Notes: a model not told the origin generated them from the sequence alone. Shown: positions 20,242 to 33,065, counted from the stretch's first letter. The stretch: DNA of 64,000 nucleotides from Macrostomum lignano (GCA_002269645.1 NIVC01000778.1:1-64000); one strand, 5' to 3'. Made by a program: numbers and translations.

Positions 20242-21804
20242 ATGGAGATAGTCAATGCATTAGAAGAGAAGAGACTGACTGCGATTTTGTCGCGACTAGT
20301 GCCAACTCTAGCCTCGGACGACACGGTGGACGCCGTATTCTCCGACGATGAAGCTGAGAAGCTGATCTCTGTGCTTGGCATTACCAGAGCCGATCTTAAT
20401 TCCTTGCTTAGCTACTTGGCTGACGTGAGTGCAAATTTTTTTAGCGATGACTATTTCTACATCTACTGCTGTCCTATTCTCTTGTCTATTTGAAATTCGA
20501 TCAAATTGAAGTGTGCTGTTTTTTTAATTTATTTGTTATACATTATATTATATTATATATTATACATTATTTGTTATTTGTATATGTTCGAAAGGCAGGG
20601 GCTGTAACCCAGTGGTTAGAGTGTTGGACTCACGACTGAAAGGTCGGAGAGGTTCGATTCCCGACTCACTCGGAACAATTTGTGGCCTTAGTCGACCAAG
20701 ACACTTAACTCTGCATTGCTTCAGTTCACCCAGCTGTAAAATGGGTGCCAGCATTAGCTGGGGTAATTGAGGGTTTGTGTGGCGACCCCCCAGTCCTTGG
20801 ACTGAACAGCCGTACGCAGCCTTCAGATGCGCTGCTCTATAGCTGCGGCTGAGCTGTCGGTTGCACATCTGGCCCGATTAGGGCAGGTTTAATCAATTAT
20901 TATTAATAATATTAAACTGTACAAGTATGCAATATAAATCTTCCCATTTTAACAAAAGGTGCTCAAATCTGCGGCCTACTCGATCACTAAGCCGAATCAG
21001 CTAGCTCAACAATTAGCTCAATCTGGTCTAGCGGAGACTCACTGTCGAGCAATTGCCGAAGTCTGGTCCAACTCGGCCAAGGACATTGTTGAAGCTTTCA
21101 AAACGCGTTCATTTGCGCCGAAAGAATTGTCCGACATCAATTGGAAGCTGGGTATTACCCTGGCGCAGAGCTCCAAGGCTAACACCCGAACACCAATCGC
21201 TACGCTTGACTTTGTGCTGCGCGACAATCAGACCCTGGGAGGTCCGAACGCGGAACACGTCGCCGTAGAGTTTAACCATGATGAATTGTATCAGTTCTAT
21301 TTGAAGGTGAGTGAATTGTTTTCTGCTACAATAGCTGATCAGCTACTTAGTAATAGTAGTGTATATGTATGGTTCTCTTAAAAAACTGGAAATATTATGA
21401 TTTGATGTGCCAGCGGCCCAGGCTCGATTCCAAATGCAGTCGCATTAATTTGGGGCTGAATTGGAATCTCGGCTTGGCTCTGCTCGTGCAATTAACGGCC
21501 TTGAGAGCCAACCCCCCAAGGCACAGTGAAGTGTACATGCCTAAAGATGAATAAAGTTAGGGCTGCTGTACACTCCTGTGTGAGTGTGTACCTGTGCGAG
21601 GTATCCGCGCGCTTGTGTGCCTGCTCAGGGGAGTCGGTGGAATGGGCAGCAATGTTTGTCGCCGGTTCTGTGACAATGTCCGCTTAAAGTGCGCCAAAGG
21701 GTGCACACAGCCTCCCCTGCCTCTTACTGAAAAAAACTAAAATGATTTAACACTCATTCCAGCTGGAAGACATTCAAGCCAAACTGGACGAGCTGACTGG
21801 CTAA
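20242..21804 (+). CDS. COMMD10: COMM domain-containing protein 10
   Basis: join(20242..20424,20959..21306,21763..21804), phase-0 introns. COMM domain LSDINWKLGITL...VEFNHDELYQFYLK/LEDIQAKLDELT. The N-terminus aligns with COMMD10 (IVNAL...RLTAILSRL). The exact start is uncertain. Confidence 0.88.
20598..20913 (+). mobile_element. tRNA-derived CORE-type SINE (family B), full length
   Basis: A-box-like TAACCCAGTGGTTAGAG, B-box GGTTCGATTCC (20651), CORE-like CAAGACACTTAACTCTGCATTGCTTCAGTTCACCCAGCTGTAAAATGGGT and an (ATT)n tail. Confidence 0.85.
21401..21716 (+). mobile_element. SINE family A in COMMD10 intron 2
   Basis: Near-identical to 37470-37790. Confidence 0.9.
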
Positions 21805-22109
21805 AATTGAAGATGCGACCAATAATGCACGCTTAACAAAACTTATTGAATTCGAAATTTGCGAAATTAAGCTTAAGAATTAAATTTTGTCTAACCTGTG
21901 GACACTCTAATGCCGTTAATTACTTTCCAATATGTCTAGCCTCTTGCATAATTATTGATTTCTCTAATTATATGAAATACTGATTTGTATTTATGCTGGA
22001 AAATGCATGTCCTGTCAATATGGTATGTGTACAAATAAATATTAAATAAAATTTTATCAATAGCAGATTTTTACTTAAAAATAATATAATCTTTTTTTTA
22101 GAATTTCGC

Positions 22110-23168
22110 TGTTGAGTATTAAAACCTCATTCACTGATTAGCTAGGTCCTCATTCACCGTTAACCAAGGACCTCATTCACCACCGTTAACCAAGGACCTC
22201 ATTCACCACCGTTAACCAAGGACCTCATTCACCACCGTTAACCAAGGACCTCATTCACCACCGTTAACCAAGGACCTCATTCACTGTTAACCAAGGGCCT
22301 CATTCACTGTTAACCAAGGGCCTCATCTACCGTTAAACAATGACCTCATTCACCACCGTTAACCAAGGACCTCATTCACCACCGTTAACCAAGGACCTCA
22401 TTCACTGTTAACCAAGGGCCTCATTCACTGTTAACCAAGGGCCTCATCTACCGTTAACCAAGGACCTCATTCACCACCGTTAACCAAGGACCTCATTCAC
22501 CACCGTTAACCAAGGACCTCATTCACCACCGTTAACCACGGACCTCATTCACCACCGTTAACCAAGGACCTCATTCACCGTTAACCAAGGACCTCATTCA
22601 CCGTTAACCAAGGACCTCATTCCCCGTTAAACAATGACCTCATTCACCGTTAACCAAGGACCTCATTCACCGTTAAACAATGACCTCATTCACCGTTAAC
22701 CAAGGACCTCATTCACCGTTAACCAAGGACCTCATTCACCACCGTTAACCAAGGACCTCATTCACCGTTAACCAAGGACCTCATTCACCACCGTTAACCA
22801 AGGACCTCATTCACCGTTAACCAAGGACCTCATTCACCGTTAATCAAGGACCTCATTCCCCGTTAAACAATGACCTCATTCACCATTAACCAAGGACCTC
22901 ATTCACCGTTAAACAATGACCTCATTCACCGTTAACCAAGGACCTCATTCACCGTTAACCAAGGACCTCATTCACCACCGTTAACCAAGGACCTCATTCA
23001 CCGTTAACCAAGGACCTCATTCACCACCGTTAACCAAGGACCTCATTCACTGTTAACCAAGGGCCTCATCTACCGTTAAACAATGACCTCATTCACCGTT
23101 AACCAAGGACCTCATTCACCGTTAAACAATGACCTCATTCACCGTTAACCAAGGACCTCATTCCCCGT
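22110..23168. repeat. 23/26-bp minisatellite (about 40 copies)
   Basis: Unit CCGTTAACCAAGGACCTCATTCA with or without an extra CCA. Confidence 0.97.
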
Positions 23169-23406
23169 TACGTTAGAAGGACATCCTTTACTACTGTTAG
23201 GCATTACCTGTTTCATTGTTCAGTTGGCATCTGACCCATTAGACACTGCTCAATCCATTTTAAACTGTTTCTTAATTTAATAACTTATATTAATTAATAA
23301 TTTCAAAATAATGCATGAGAACAACATTATCCATCAGTGCAGTCAAACAAAGCCTAGTTTAATCAACAAAACTATTAACTCCTAAAGGGCAAACTGTACT
23401 CTAGCA

Positions 23407-24492
23407 ATGTCCGAAAGTGACTGGTGCCTAATCGAAAGCGATCCTGGCGTATTCACCGAACTAATTCGCGGTTTTGGCTGCAAAGGCGTAGAAGTTGAAG
23501 AAATCTGGAGTCTGGAAGATTCAATCGAATTGAAACCGTTGCACGGGCTCATATTTTTGTTTATGTGCGAAAAAGAACAGCAGCCAACGGATACAGATGA
23601 GAGCATCGTGTTGGACTCGCGTCTAGAGGAAGAGATTTACTTCGCTAATCAGGTTGTTAATAATGCTTGCGCCACCCTGGCCATTGTGAATTTGCTGCTT
23701 AACGTGCAGCATCAGGATGTTGAATTGGGCGACGCTTTGCAAAATTTGAAATCATTTAGCGCCAGTTTCGACTCGAAGACTAAAGGCTTAGCCTTGGCTA
23801 ATTCTCCGCTCATACGCCAGGTGCACAATAGTTTTAGTAGGCAGACTATGCTAGAATTTGACAATAGCTTGGCTGGAGAACGCGACGAAGCGTCGCATTT
23901 CATTGCCTACGTGCCAATCAATGGCCGGCTGTACGAACTGGACGGGTTGAAACGCGGTCCGATCGATCACGGCCGACTACCGGACGGCCTACCAACTGAG
24001 GAATGGGTGCAGCACGCTATTCCGGTGATTAGGAAACGGATGCAAAGATATGCGAGTTCGGAGCTGCGATTCACTTTGCTAGCGGTAATATCCGACAGGA
24101 AGACTGCACTGCAGAAACAGTTGGATACGATGACCGCCGCCCTAGACGAAGGCGGCGACGAAAGTGGCGGATTAACTGAAGCCGCGGCCGCCGAGATTAG
24201 CCGATTAACCGAGGCCATTAGCCACGAAGAGGAGAAGATCGCTCGGTACAAACGCGAGAACGCCAGGCGGCGGCACAATTACATACCCATGGTAGTGGAG
24301 CTGTTGAAGATACTGGGCGAGCGCGGCCAATTGAATGGCCTTGTTGACGCGGCTATTGATAAATCACGCAATAGGCAGGCTTGGAAAGCTGAAGGCGATC
24401 GTAGCGCAACGAAAGATGCCCAAGCAGCCAAGACTGCGGCTTCGGCGGCTGGCACAGGGGAAAAAGGCGCAGATGCGAAGCCTTCTAATTAA
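23407..24492 (+). CDS. UCHL5: Ubiquitin carboxyl-terminal hydrolase isozyme L5 (UCH37)
   Basis: Single exon, 361 aa. Motifs WCLIESDPGVFTELI, catalytic NNACAT, HFIAYVP...LYELDGL, and the ULD motif ENARRRHNYIPMVVELLK. Confidence 0.96.
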   Translation: MSESDWCLIESDPGVFTELIRGFGCKGVEVEEIWSLEDSIELKPLHGLIFLFMCEKEQQPTDTDESIVLDSRLEEEIYFANQVVNNACATLAIVNLLLNVQHQDVELGDALQNLKSFSASFDSKTKGLALANSPLIRQVHNSFSRQTMLEFDNSLAGERDEASHFIAYVPINGRLYELDGLKRGPIDHGRLPDGLPTEEWVQHAIPVIRKRMQRYASSELRFTLLAVISDRKTALQKQLDTMTAALDEGGDESGGLTEAAAAEISRLTEAISHEEEKIARYKRENARRRHNYIPMVVELLKILGERGQLNGLVDAAIDKSRNRQAWKAEGDRSATKDAQAAKTAASAAGTGEKGADAKPSN

Positions 24493-25189
24493 ACACACGG
24501 AAGATACTGAATAACTTATTGTCGCTCTACTCTATTGAAAAAAAAACAAATGAGATTCGTGTCGCTCTGCTAAATATGACTTGAGAATTAATCTAAATTC
24601 ACTCAATTATCCTTCAGGATCAACTGACGTCATTTCGATTTTATTTAAAGAACACGACGAACTAATTAAATACTTGTCTCTGCATTGATTTTAATAACAA
24701 AGTGTTAAATAACGACCATTAACTAGGACACTTATTTTGTTATACTGTGTCTCGTAATTTCCGGGTTAGAAAGTGACAAATCAATTACGAGCTAATATTT
24801 ATTCAAAACCACCCACCAACATTCTTCCCGGTAGCATATTAAAATGAAATTAGTTAGTTCAATTGTATCCTTGCTTGAAATAAATTGCCCTGTGTAAATT
24901 AATTTTGTTGCAGTTATTTTTTCTGTTTTATTTGAAACTCAGCTACTGGATAAAATTTCAAACAAAAAAGTCATCTCGCAATTAAAGTACGTCCTGAAAC
25001 AGTTATATCGATATTTCTGTTTGACTTTTAATGCCTACTAATAAACTATATTATAGCCTTTTTCCAAGACTGCATACTGAAAAATAAAATAAAGCAAAGG
25101 TTGTTTTTTTTCTGGATTGTACGAGCCGTAACTTTTAGCGATCTTGTCGTGTAGAATTTTTTCTTTATTTGTATCAAAACAATTATTTT

Positions 25190-26248
25190 ACAATGCCAAT
25201 CCTATCACCCATGATCCAGTCCTAATGCCAGTCATTGACTGTGACCCAGTCCCAATGCCAGTCATTCACTGTGACCCATGATGGCATGACCCAGTCCCAA
25301 TGCCAGTCATCACTGTGACCCATGATTGCATGATCCAGTCCCAATGCCAGTCATCACTGTGACCTATGACCCATGACCCTGTCCCAATGCCAGTCATTCA
25401 CTGTGACCCATGACCCAGTCCCAATGCCAGTCCTTCACTGTGACCCATGATGGCATGATCCAGTCCCAATGCCAGTCATCACTGTGACCCATGATTGCAT
25501 GATCCAGTCCCAATGCCAGTCATCACTGTGACCTATGACCCATGACCCTGTCCCAATGCCAGTCATTCACTGTGACCCATGACCCAGTCCCAATGCCAGT
25601 CCTTCAGTATAAGCTATGACCCATGACAAAGTCCCAATACCAGTCCTTCAGTGTAAACTATGACGACCTATGACCCAGTCCCAATGTGAGTCCTTCAGTG
25701 TACGCTATGACCCATCACAAAGTCCCAATGCCAGTCATTCACTGTGACCCATGACCCAGTCCCAATGCCAGTCATTCACTGTGACCCATGACCCAGTCCC
25801 AATGCCAGTCATTCACTGTGACCCATGACCCAGTCCCAATGCCAGTCATTCACTGTGACCCATGACCCAGTCCCAATGCCAGTCATTCACTGTGACCCAT
25901 GACCCAGTCCCAATGCCAGTCATTCACTGTGACCCATGACCCAGTCCCAATGCCAGTCATTCACTGTGACCCATGACCCAGTCCCAATGCCAGTCATTCA
26001 CTGTGACCCATGACCCAGTCCCAATGCCAGTCATTCACTGTGACCCATGACCCAGTCCCAATGCCAGTCATTCACTGTGACCCATGACCCAGTCCCAATG
26101 CCAGTCATTCACTGTGACCCATGACCCAGTCCCAATGCCAGTCATTCACTGTGACCCATGACCCAGTCCCAATGCCAGTCATTCACTGTGACCCATGAGT
26201 CCATGACCCAGTCCCAATGCCAGTCCTTCAGTGTAAGCCATGACCCAT
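25190..26248. repeat. 37-bp minisatellite (about 27 copies)
   Basis: Unit GACCCATGACCCAGTCCCAATGCCAGTCATTCACTGT. Homogeneous on the right, degenerate on the left. Confidence 0.97.
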
Positions 26249-26334
26249 ACACTAATTCCTAACGGTTGTTTCGCAGAATTGATTTACAAGGTGAAACTTA
26301 CCTGTCAAATTTGAAAACATTTCTGCCTTCACCA

Positions 26335-26802
26335 ATGAGTTTAACCTCTCCACCAGAAGACTGTCAGGCCTGGAGCCAGAAGATTCGTCAACACCTACTA
26401 TGCCGCGGTAGAATAGACGGTGTCGCATTAATCCTACAACCATCCGGGCTGCTGGCCCACGCTGAAGGTCGTTTAGCACTGGCATCTCATCGGCCAAGCC
26501 AGGAGCTGTGCCAATTGTGCTTGAATCTATTTCGCTACAATCGCTTGCCAAAATTTGATGCCAAAGTGTTAAATACTCGTTTAGTATTGGGCAGTCATCA
26601 GTATCGACCGTTGGAGAAATCTGCGTCAGTTGTTCATTGTGCGCCACTGTTAGATTGCGCCAGTAGCGAGCTGTCCTCGCCAGCTGGTGGATTAATACTA
26701 GTGCGCGTGTCAGCTGGCGTCCTGTTAGTTACGTATCCGTCTAATGTAATGCGTCAGACTGCCGCTTCCGATGTGCATAGCTTCTGCGATATGCTTCCAT
26801 AA
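26335..26802 (+). CDS. Divergent profilin-like protein
   Basis: Single exon, 155 aa. N-terminal AWSQKIRQHLLCRGRIDGVALI resembles profilin helix 1/strand 1. C-terminal GGLILVRVSAGVLLVTY...AASDVHSFCDML resembles the profilin C-terminal strands and helix. Confidence 0.65.
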   Translation: MSLTSPPEDCQAWSQKIRQHLLCRGRIDGVALILQPSGLLAHAEGRLALASHRPSQELCQLCLNLFRYNRLPKFDAKVLNTRLVLGSHQYRPLEKSASVVHCAPLLDCASSELSSPAGGLILVRVSAGVLLVTYPSNVMRQTAASDVHSFCDMLP

Positions 26803-26862
26803 AACTTAGATTAAAAGTGATCGATATTTCGATTTGAAATCCTAACCGGGTCCATACTATAC

Positions 26863-26925
26863 GATACGGTTGTACATCTGGCCCAATTGGGGCAGGTCGC
26901 AGGTGTAATCAATTATTATTATTAT
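26863..26925 (+). mobile_element. 3' tail fragment of CORE-SINE family B
   Basis: CGGTTGTACATCTGGCCCAATTGGGGCAGGT...AATCAATTATTATTATT matches the 20860-20913 tail. Confidence 0.7.
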
Positions 26926-26982
26926 TGGTCCCTTACTTTGGGGTATTACAGTTGGATTCTACTAGACACGTGTAATCTACTT

Positions 26983-27165
26983 CAGGAGTTGGCAAACTCC
27001 AGGCCATAGGCCATATGCAGCCCGCGAGGCCTCTCTACCCGGCTCTCAGGTCCTTTGGAGACTGCTCAATAGCAATAAAAGCCCGCTCAGTGTGCATGTC
27101 TCTTCTCGGCTTTCTTCTCTCTTCTGTATCCTCTCTCCCCTTTTCAATCGTATCTCTTCTCTACT
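26983..27165 (-). mobile_element. hAT/Charlie-like MITE fragment
   Basis: CAGGAGTTGGCAAACT end, GCAGCCCGCGAGGCC, then a CT tract. Confidence 0.6.
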
Positions 27166-27809
27166 TTTATGTCGACTTCTGATCCACTTAATCCTTCGGT
27201 GACTTAAAATAGAAACAGCGCGAATCAATCAGTTTGACTTCCGAAATTTAGTAGTAGCTAAGGTATTGCTTCAATTGTGATACTGCCAGTTGGATGTAAT
27301 AATGCATTTTCAAATTTATTAAAAAGTAGCCATTTTCTAAGTAATCCGTGAGTTGCTCATTGTCTTCGCGATGATGTAGTGCTTATAAATGTACATTCTA
27401 TTGTACAAAATACATACACTATACAAGAACCAGCATTCTTTGAGTTTTGTTTCTTAATGCCCTGAGTCTATTTTTATCAGCTAAATAAATATCTATGATA
27501 ATCTAAGATAGTCATTCCGAATCTTATAGAGCAGGCCTTATTGCAGTCACCGTTTAATCAGGAGCCTGTATGTTAGTTTACCAATCTTTAATAATAAAAT
27601 AGCACCGCTGTTTAAGTTTCAGTTACTGCTATTTAACTATTTAAGACTGGCTAGAATGTTTTACCAGTTAGCTCTTTAAACTTCTGCAAATTGTTACTTA
27701 TTCAAAAAATTGTTTACATTGCAGTGTTTACATTAGCAGATCTACAGCGAGAAACGGCTTTAGAACACGCTTTGCTTAAGGTGTCTGGTATAGTTAGAGA
27801 GAAGAAGGC

Positions 27810-30800
27810 ATGACTGTTGACAGCGTTCTGCGCGACAATGAAGACTCGATTTCTTCTCTTTCAAAATCATCTGAAGTAAAAGACAGCCAACACATTGGTA
27901 ATCACCAACAGAAAAGTCAGCAGGATAATCATGACCAGAGTGTAGCCATGGATACCGAAGGCAGTAATACACCTGTCGCTCAAAATAATGGCGAAACGCC
28001 AATGGAAGTTTGTCACTCTTCATCTCAATCTACGAGCGCCAAGGTAGAATCTACTAAACCAAAGCCTTTATCGACGTCAAATGCATCAAAAAGTGTGAAT
28101 CCCCCGACTGATGATCCAATGATTTCTTGTCTAAAGAGGCAGAGGGATGCTGTGAAAAAGTGCCGGGGTTCCAGTTTAGTCCTCGGTCAAGAATGGCACG
28201 TGCTTTCTATGGCTTGGTTCAGGCGCTGGCAACAATATGTTGGTTATCGTAAATACGAAGAAAAATACTTAGGCAAAGAGGCCTACTTTCCTGGTTACAT
28301 TGATAATTCTGACATTTTAGACGTAAATGGAGATCTTAAGCCAAAGTTAATGAATGAACAGGACTATATGCTGTTAAGAGGCGACGCTTGGACAATGCTA
28401 GTCGAATACTACGAGCTGGCGCCCGGACAAGAGCCTATCACTCGTAGCGTCATATGTCGTGGTAGCGAACGAAAAATTCTAGAAATCGAAGTCTACCAAC
28501 TCACTATCGAAATCGGCCTCTTGGATAATGAAAATGGCCTAGGAACAGTTTCTTGTCAGTTTTCCAAATCGGCCACATTTGGCGACGTGGCCGAACGCGC
28601 CAGAGAGGCCTTGTCCTTGACGGAGCGTCAGAAGTCCTCGGACCTGCGACTCTGGCTATCTTCCGGCGGTTACAGTGCCGGTCTCGTTGAACCAATTCTA
28701 AAGTTGCCAGACGACTATTTAGACGGATACGTGAAGTCAAACGATCTGATTCTGATGGAACTCCCAAATCTGGAGGATGGTACATTTTCGCGGCCATTCG
28801 AGGAGTTCCGAATCAGCGGCCCTCAGCTGCCAGATCAGACGCCGGCGCCTCAGTCTGGTGCCGCAATTCCACTAGGACCTCCGGCTCCACCATCGATCGC
28901 TTCAACTTCTAACACTTCCACTTCTTGGCAAAGTCATTCTACGCCAACAACGCCAGGTCTGTGCGGCCTTGTTAACATGGGCAACACTTGTTTTATGAGT
29001 TCGACTCTACAGTGTCTAAGCAATGTGCCAATTCTTACTGAATACATGCTGTCCGATAAATGGCGCAGCGAGTTGAACTGCACAAATCCGTTGGGCATGC
29101 GCGGCGAGATTGCCAAAGCGTATGCCGCCCTAATTGCCAATTTGTGGTCGGGCAAGTTTTCCTATCTCGCGCCTCGCGATTTCAAAGCTACGTTAAGCGA
29201 ATTTGCTCCTCAATTTTCCGGCTTTCAACAGCACGACGGTCAAGAAGTGATGGCCTTTATGCTTGACGGCCTACACGAGGATCTGAATCGAATTATCTCT
29301 AAGCCTTACATAGAGATAAAGGAAGCTGACAATCGACCTGACGCCGTGGTTGCTGAGGAAGCCTGGCAAAACTATAAGCTACGAAACGATTCTATTATTG
29401 TTGATCTATTCCACGGACAGCTCAAATCGACACTTATCTGTCCGGAATGCGAAAATGTTAGTGTCACCTTTGATCCGTTCTGCTACTTAAGCTTGCCGCT
29501 GCCGCAAGATCAGCACTGTTTTACGTTCCACTTTGTGAGACTCGATCCAAACTTGCCGCCTGTAAAGTGCAAGCTGACACTGCCGCCCGACGGCACCATG
29601 GCTCTAGCCTATCAAGGCCTTAGTGAGATGTTTCAACTACCGAAAAATCGTATATTAATCGGCGAAGTCTACTATCACAAGTTTCACCGTTTTTTAGTCA
29701 CCAACGACACTTACTCGCATATTAGCGATCGTGGCCAATTCTACGCTTTTGAACTGCGCGAACCATTCGAAACAGAATCGAATACCTCGCCAATTCGTTT
29801 CAAATATGTCTATTTTCTTGATGAAGCTCTGGCCTCTCGAGCGTCCTATGCTGCAACTATGTACTTTGGTACGCCAATGCTGCTTGAATTGGACATGGAC
29901 AAGGCCGCTCCTCCGCAAGAAGACGACGAAAACGCAACCGAGTCAGGTGCCGTTGCACTTTCAGTAGTTAACGATGGCAGCGTGCTGCAGTCTGCCGTGC
30001 GTAGTGCCATAGCCGAACGCTGTAGCCGTTTCCTAGATAATCCATCCAAACGTTTGGCTGAGCCGGACACGTACAAGAATTGGTGGCATCAGGACGCCCC
30101 AGATCGGCAGGTTGAACCGCCGCCTTACACTTTGTATGCCTCGCGTAGCGGTACTTTTGTTCGCGACACTGCAATGCTAATGGACCCGGACGAAGTTGGC
30201 GCCGTACTGCCATCCGAGTACAGCTACATCTGGGTGTCATTGAACAGTTTAAATAAGCGTCTTTTCTACGACGATGCCGCAGCTAAGACCGAAGAGGTGA
30301 GTGAAATTTGTATTCTTTGCTTTGCTAGTGTATAGTTGCTTTAACTTTATTTATCGTTAGGCATGTACACTTCGTTAGGCGGGTAAGCTGGGCGTTAAAT
30401 TGTACGAGCAGAGCCAAGCCGAGATTCCAATTTTCATGTAGTACATTACAATTTACAATGTAAATTAATGCATTTTGAATCGAGCCTGGGTCGCTGGCGC
30501 TAGCTACGACCTCCTAAGTAGTTGATGTCATTCATTTTGTTCAAGTTTGTTTGCAGAAGAATGCGATACAAGCTTAAGCAGGTTACCTAAAGCTAAATTT
30601 AAAATCCATTTCCGTAGATTTACCTTAATGTTTTAACTCTATCCTACCGCAGATCCATCCCAGCGCAAGCGATTCTCTCGAAGCCGAAAAGTGCGTCAGC
30701 CTTGACGACTGTCTGAAACTGTACACTGATATTGAAACGCTGGGCAAAAAGGATGCCTGGCATTGTCCGAATTGTAAACGATTCCAATGCGCCACAAAAA

Positions 30801-31183
30801 AGATCGACTTATGGAGCCTGCCGCCAGTGTTGGTCTGCCATCTGAAACGATTCAGCTACGAGCGGCATTATCGAAGCAAAATTGACACGAAAGTGGACTA
30901 TCCGGTTGAGAATTTAGACCTGCGCCAGTGGATTATCCAACCGGATTATGGCCAGTCGGCCAAGTATAATCTGCTAGCTGTGGCTCATCACTTTGGCGGA
31001 TTGGGCGCCGGTCACTACACTGCTACGGCGTTTCATAAACCCTCAAACGCTTGGTACTACTACGATGATTGTAACGTGCACAAATGCGTCACTAGAGACG
31101 AGCTGGTAGCCAAATCTGCTTATGTGCTCGTCTACATTCGTAGCGATCTGTCGTCTAGTTCGAAAATTCCTGACACGCAGTGA
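27810..31183 (+). CDS. USP15: USP4/USP11/USP15-family deubiquitinase (DUSP, UBL, split catalytic domain)
   Basis: join(27810..30296,30653..31183). DUSP ([30 protein letters not shown]), Cys box [20 protein letters not shown] and His box [13 protein letters not shown]. The paralog name is approximate. Confidence 0.9.
30342..30500 (-). mobile_element. Deleted SINE family A copy in USP intron
   Basis: AACTTTATTTATCGTTAGGCATGTACAC...GCAGAGCCAAGCCGAGATTCCAAT...GAATCGAGCCTGGG. Confidence 0.8.
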
Positions 31184-31503
31184 TCCGTGAAGTACATTGT
31201 GAATTGGCACATTGTTGAACTTGCAGACTAATTGATTTGCCAAAAATAAATTGACGTCTTCATAAATTATCCCAGCTCGGCTCGAATGACAAAATAGAAT
31301 CAAAATGTGTTTTTTCTTCGTGCTTTCTGTTCAGTCCGAGTTGATGTAATGACAATTAAACATTTTAATTGATATGCTGCTCAATTTGTTAAGTCATGAC
31401 TTATCAAAATCTGAATTTTTTTGTTTACATGAGCTCGACAAAGAATAAGTGTTTACGGTTTATGAAATATGCAAGAAATGACTACTTCTACAGGGAGAAA
31501 TTT

Positions 31504-31685
31504 GGGGCTGTAGCCTAGTGGTTAGGGCGTCGAACTCACGACTTCAACGTCGGGGGTTCGTTTTCCGATGCTACTGGAACAATTTGTGTCCTTGAGCATT
31601 GTCCTTAACTCTGCATTGCTCCAGTACATCTAGCTGTCGGTTGCACATCTGGCCCAATCGGGTAGGTGGGATCAATTATTATTTT
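31504..31685 (+). mobile_element. CORE-SINE family B, internally deleted
   Basis: A-box TAGCCTAGTGG, a degenerate B-box, CCTTGAGCA...TTAACTCTGCATTGCTCCAGT, joined directly to the family tail. Confidence 0.8.
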
Positions 31686-32714
31686 TACGGGCTACTTGTT
31701 AAGTTAATAACCCAGCACTTATTGTTTTTCGGGCATAACGTAACTTAACTATCTTCTGTGTGTTTTTTTGCAGTCATAACTCAAAAACAAAACAACGCTC
31801 AAGTGTTGTTGATAAGTTATTTTTCAAACTATAATCGCAAATTTATATATCCAGGTCTTTTTGTGTGTGTGCTTCTGATTAAAATTATTTACTCTAGATG
31901 GCAAATTATTCTTTCGTGACTATTGCCTTGAGTAGGGCCTATGTTATGTTATTAATATGTCAAATTAAATAACGTAATTTGATACCGATTTATTCAACTT
32001 CAAAATATTGTTGTAACGAAAATATTTCTGGCATTCCACCGCACAATCGGTTAAAACGATTCATTATATCTTTTGTTATGTCGAATTTACTGTATATTTA
32101 TTCCAGTTATATCTGCATCGTTCTTAATTATTTTATACACAAGGCATAGTCCAGCCGTTGTGTAAGTATTATTAAATATAGTGAGATAAACTTGTTAGTA
32201 ATTGTGCTTTTAAGTTTTTTTTCTGTTTCGTCAGCACAAAAGTGTTTTTTGTTTACTCACTTTTTGCCGCCAAATATTTAAATTGATTTTAAAAAAGTCC
32301 AACTTAAACTTTTATAAAATTGTAAGACCTATCTGAGAAGATATAATAACATCTATAGATTCTGTTTCGACTCTCAGCTCCACGTAAGTTAATGTGTCTT
32401 ATTAACTTATTGTGTACAGTTTGTCTTGTGCAGTGGTGCCTGTATATTTTTAAGTCAAACAATCTAAAAAATACTCGATATTCTTCAGAAGTTAATCGAT
32501 TCAGCGATGTGTTTGTAGAAATTCTATTTTGCTATCTACAGTTTCTACTCCGAGTTTACCTGCTTCCCATAAAATTCTCCCTTAACTGCTTTTTGCTCTC
32601 GTTTCGTTAATTGCCCAAGTTCTCGAAACAAAAATGAATGACACAACATCTATTAATTAAAGTATGGAGCATTGTTTGTTTATTTATGTTCAGGGTGTTT
32701 TGAAAGGAAATAAA

Positions 32715-33065
32715 AGGATGCTTGCTTCTTTATCTCCACGGCCCACCCCACTCCCTCACTCCCAATGTACGCACGATGCTTGCTTCTCTACCCACTCTCT
32801 GCCCACCTCTCTCCCAATGTAGGCACGATGCTTGCTTCTCTACCCCCGCGGCCCACCTCTTCCCAATGTACGCACGATGCTTGCTTCTCTACCCCCGCGG
32901 CCCACCTCTTCCCAATGTACGCACGATGCTTGCTTCTCTACCCCTCCCTGCCCACCTCTCTCTCAATGTACGCACGATGCTTACTTCTCTACCCCCGCGG
33001 CCCACCTCACTCAATGTACAGACGATGTCTTCTTCTCTATGCCCTTGTTGCCCCCCTCACTGTCA
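32715..33065. repeat. 49-bp minisatellite (about 7 copies)
   Basis: Unit TGCTTGCTTCTCTACCCCCGCGGCCCACCTCTTCCCAATGTACGCACGA. Confidence 0.93.

Noticed and set aside
20598-20670. tRNA-like sequences at 20598, 31504, 37442 and 41151
   Set aside because: They have A/B boxes but no closing acceptor stem, and continue into shared repeat bodies. They are SINE heads, not tRNA genes.
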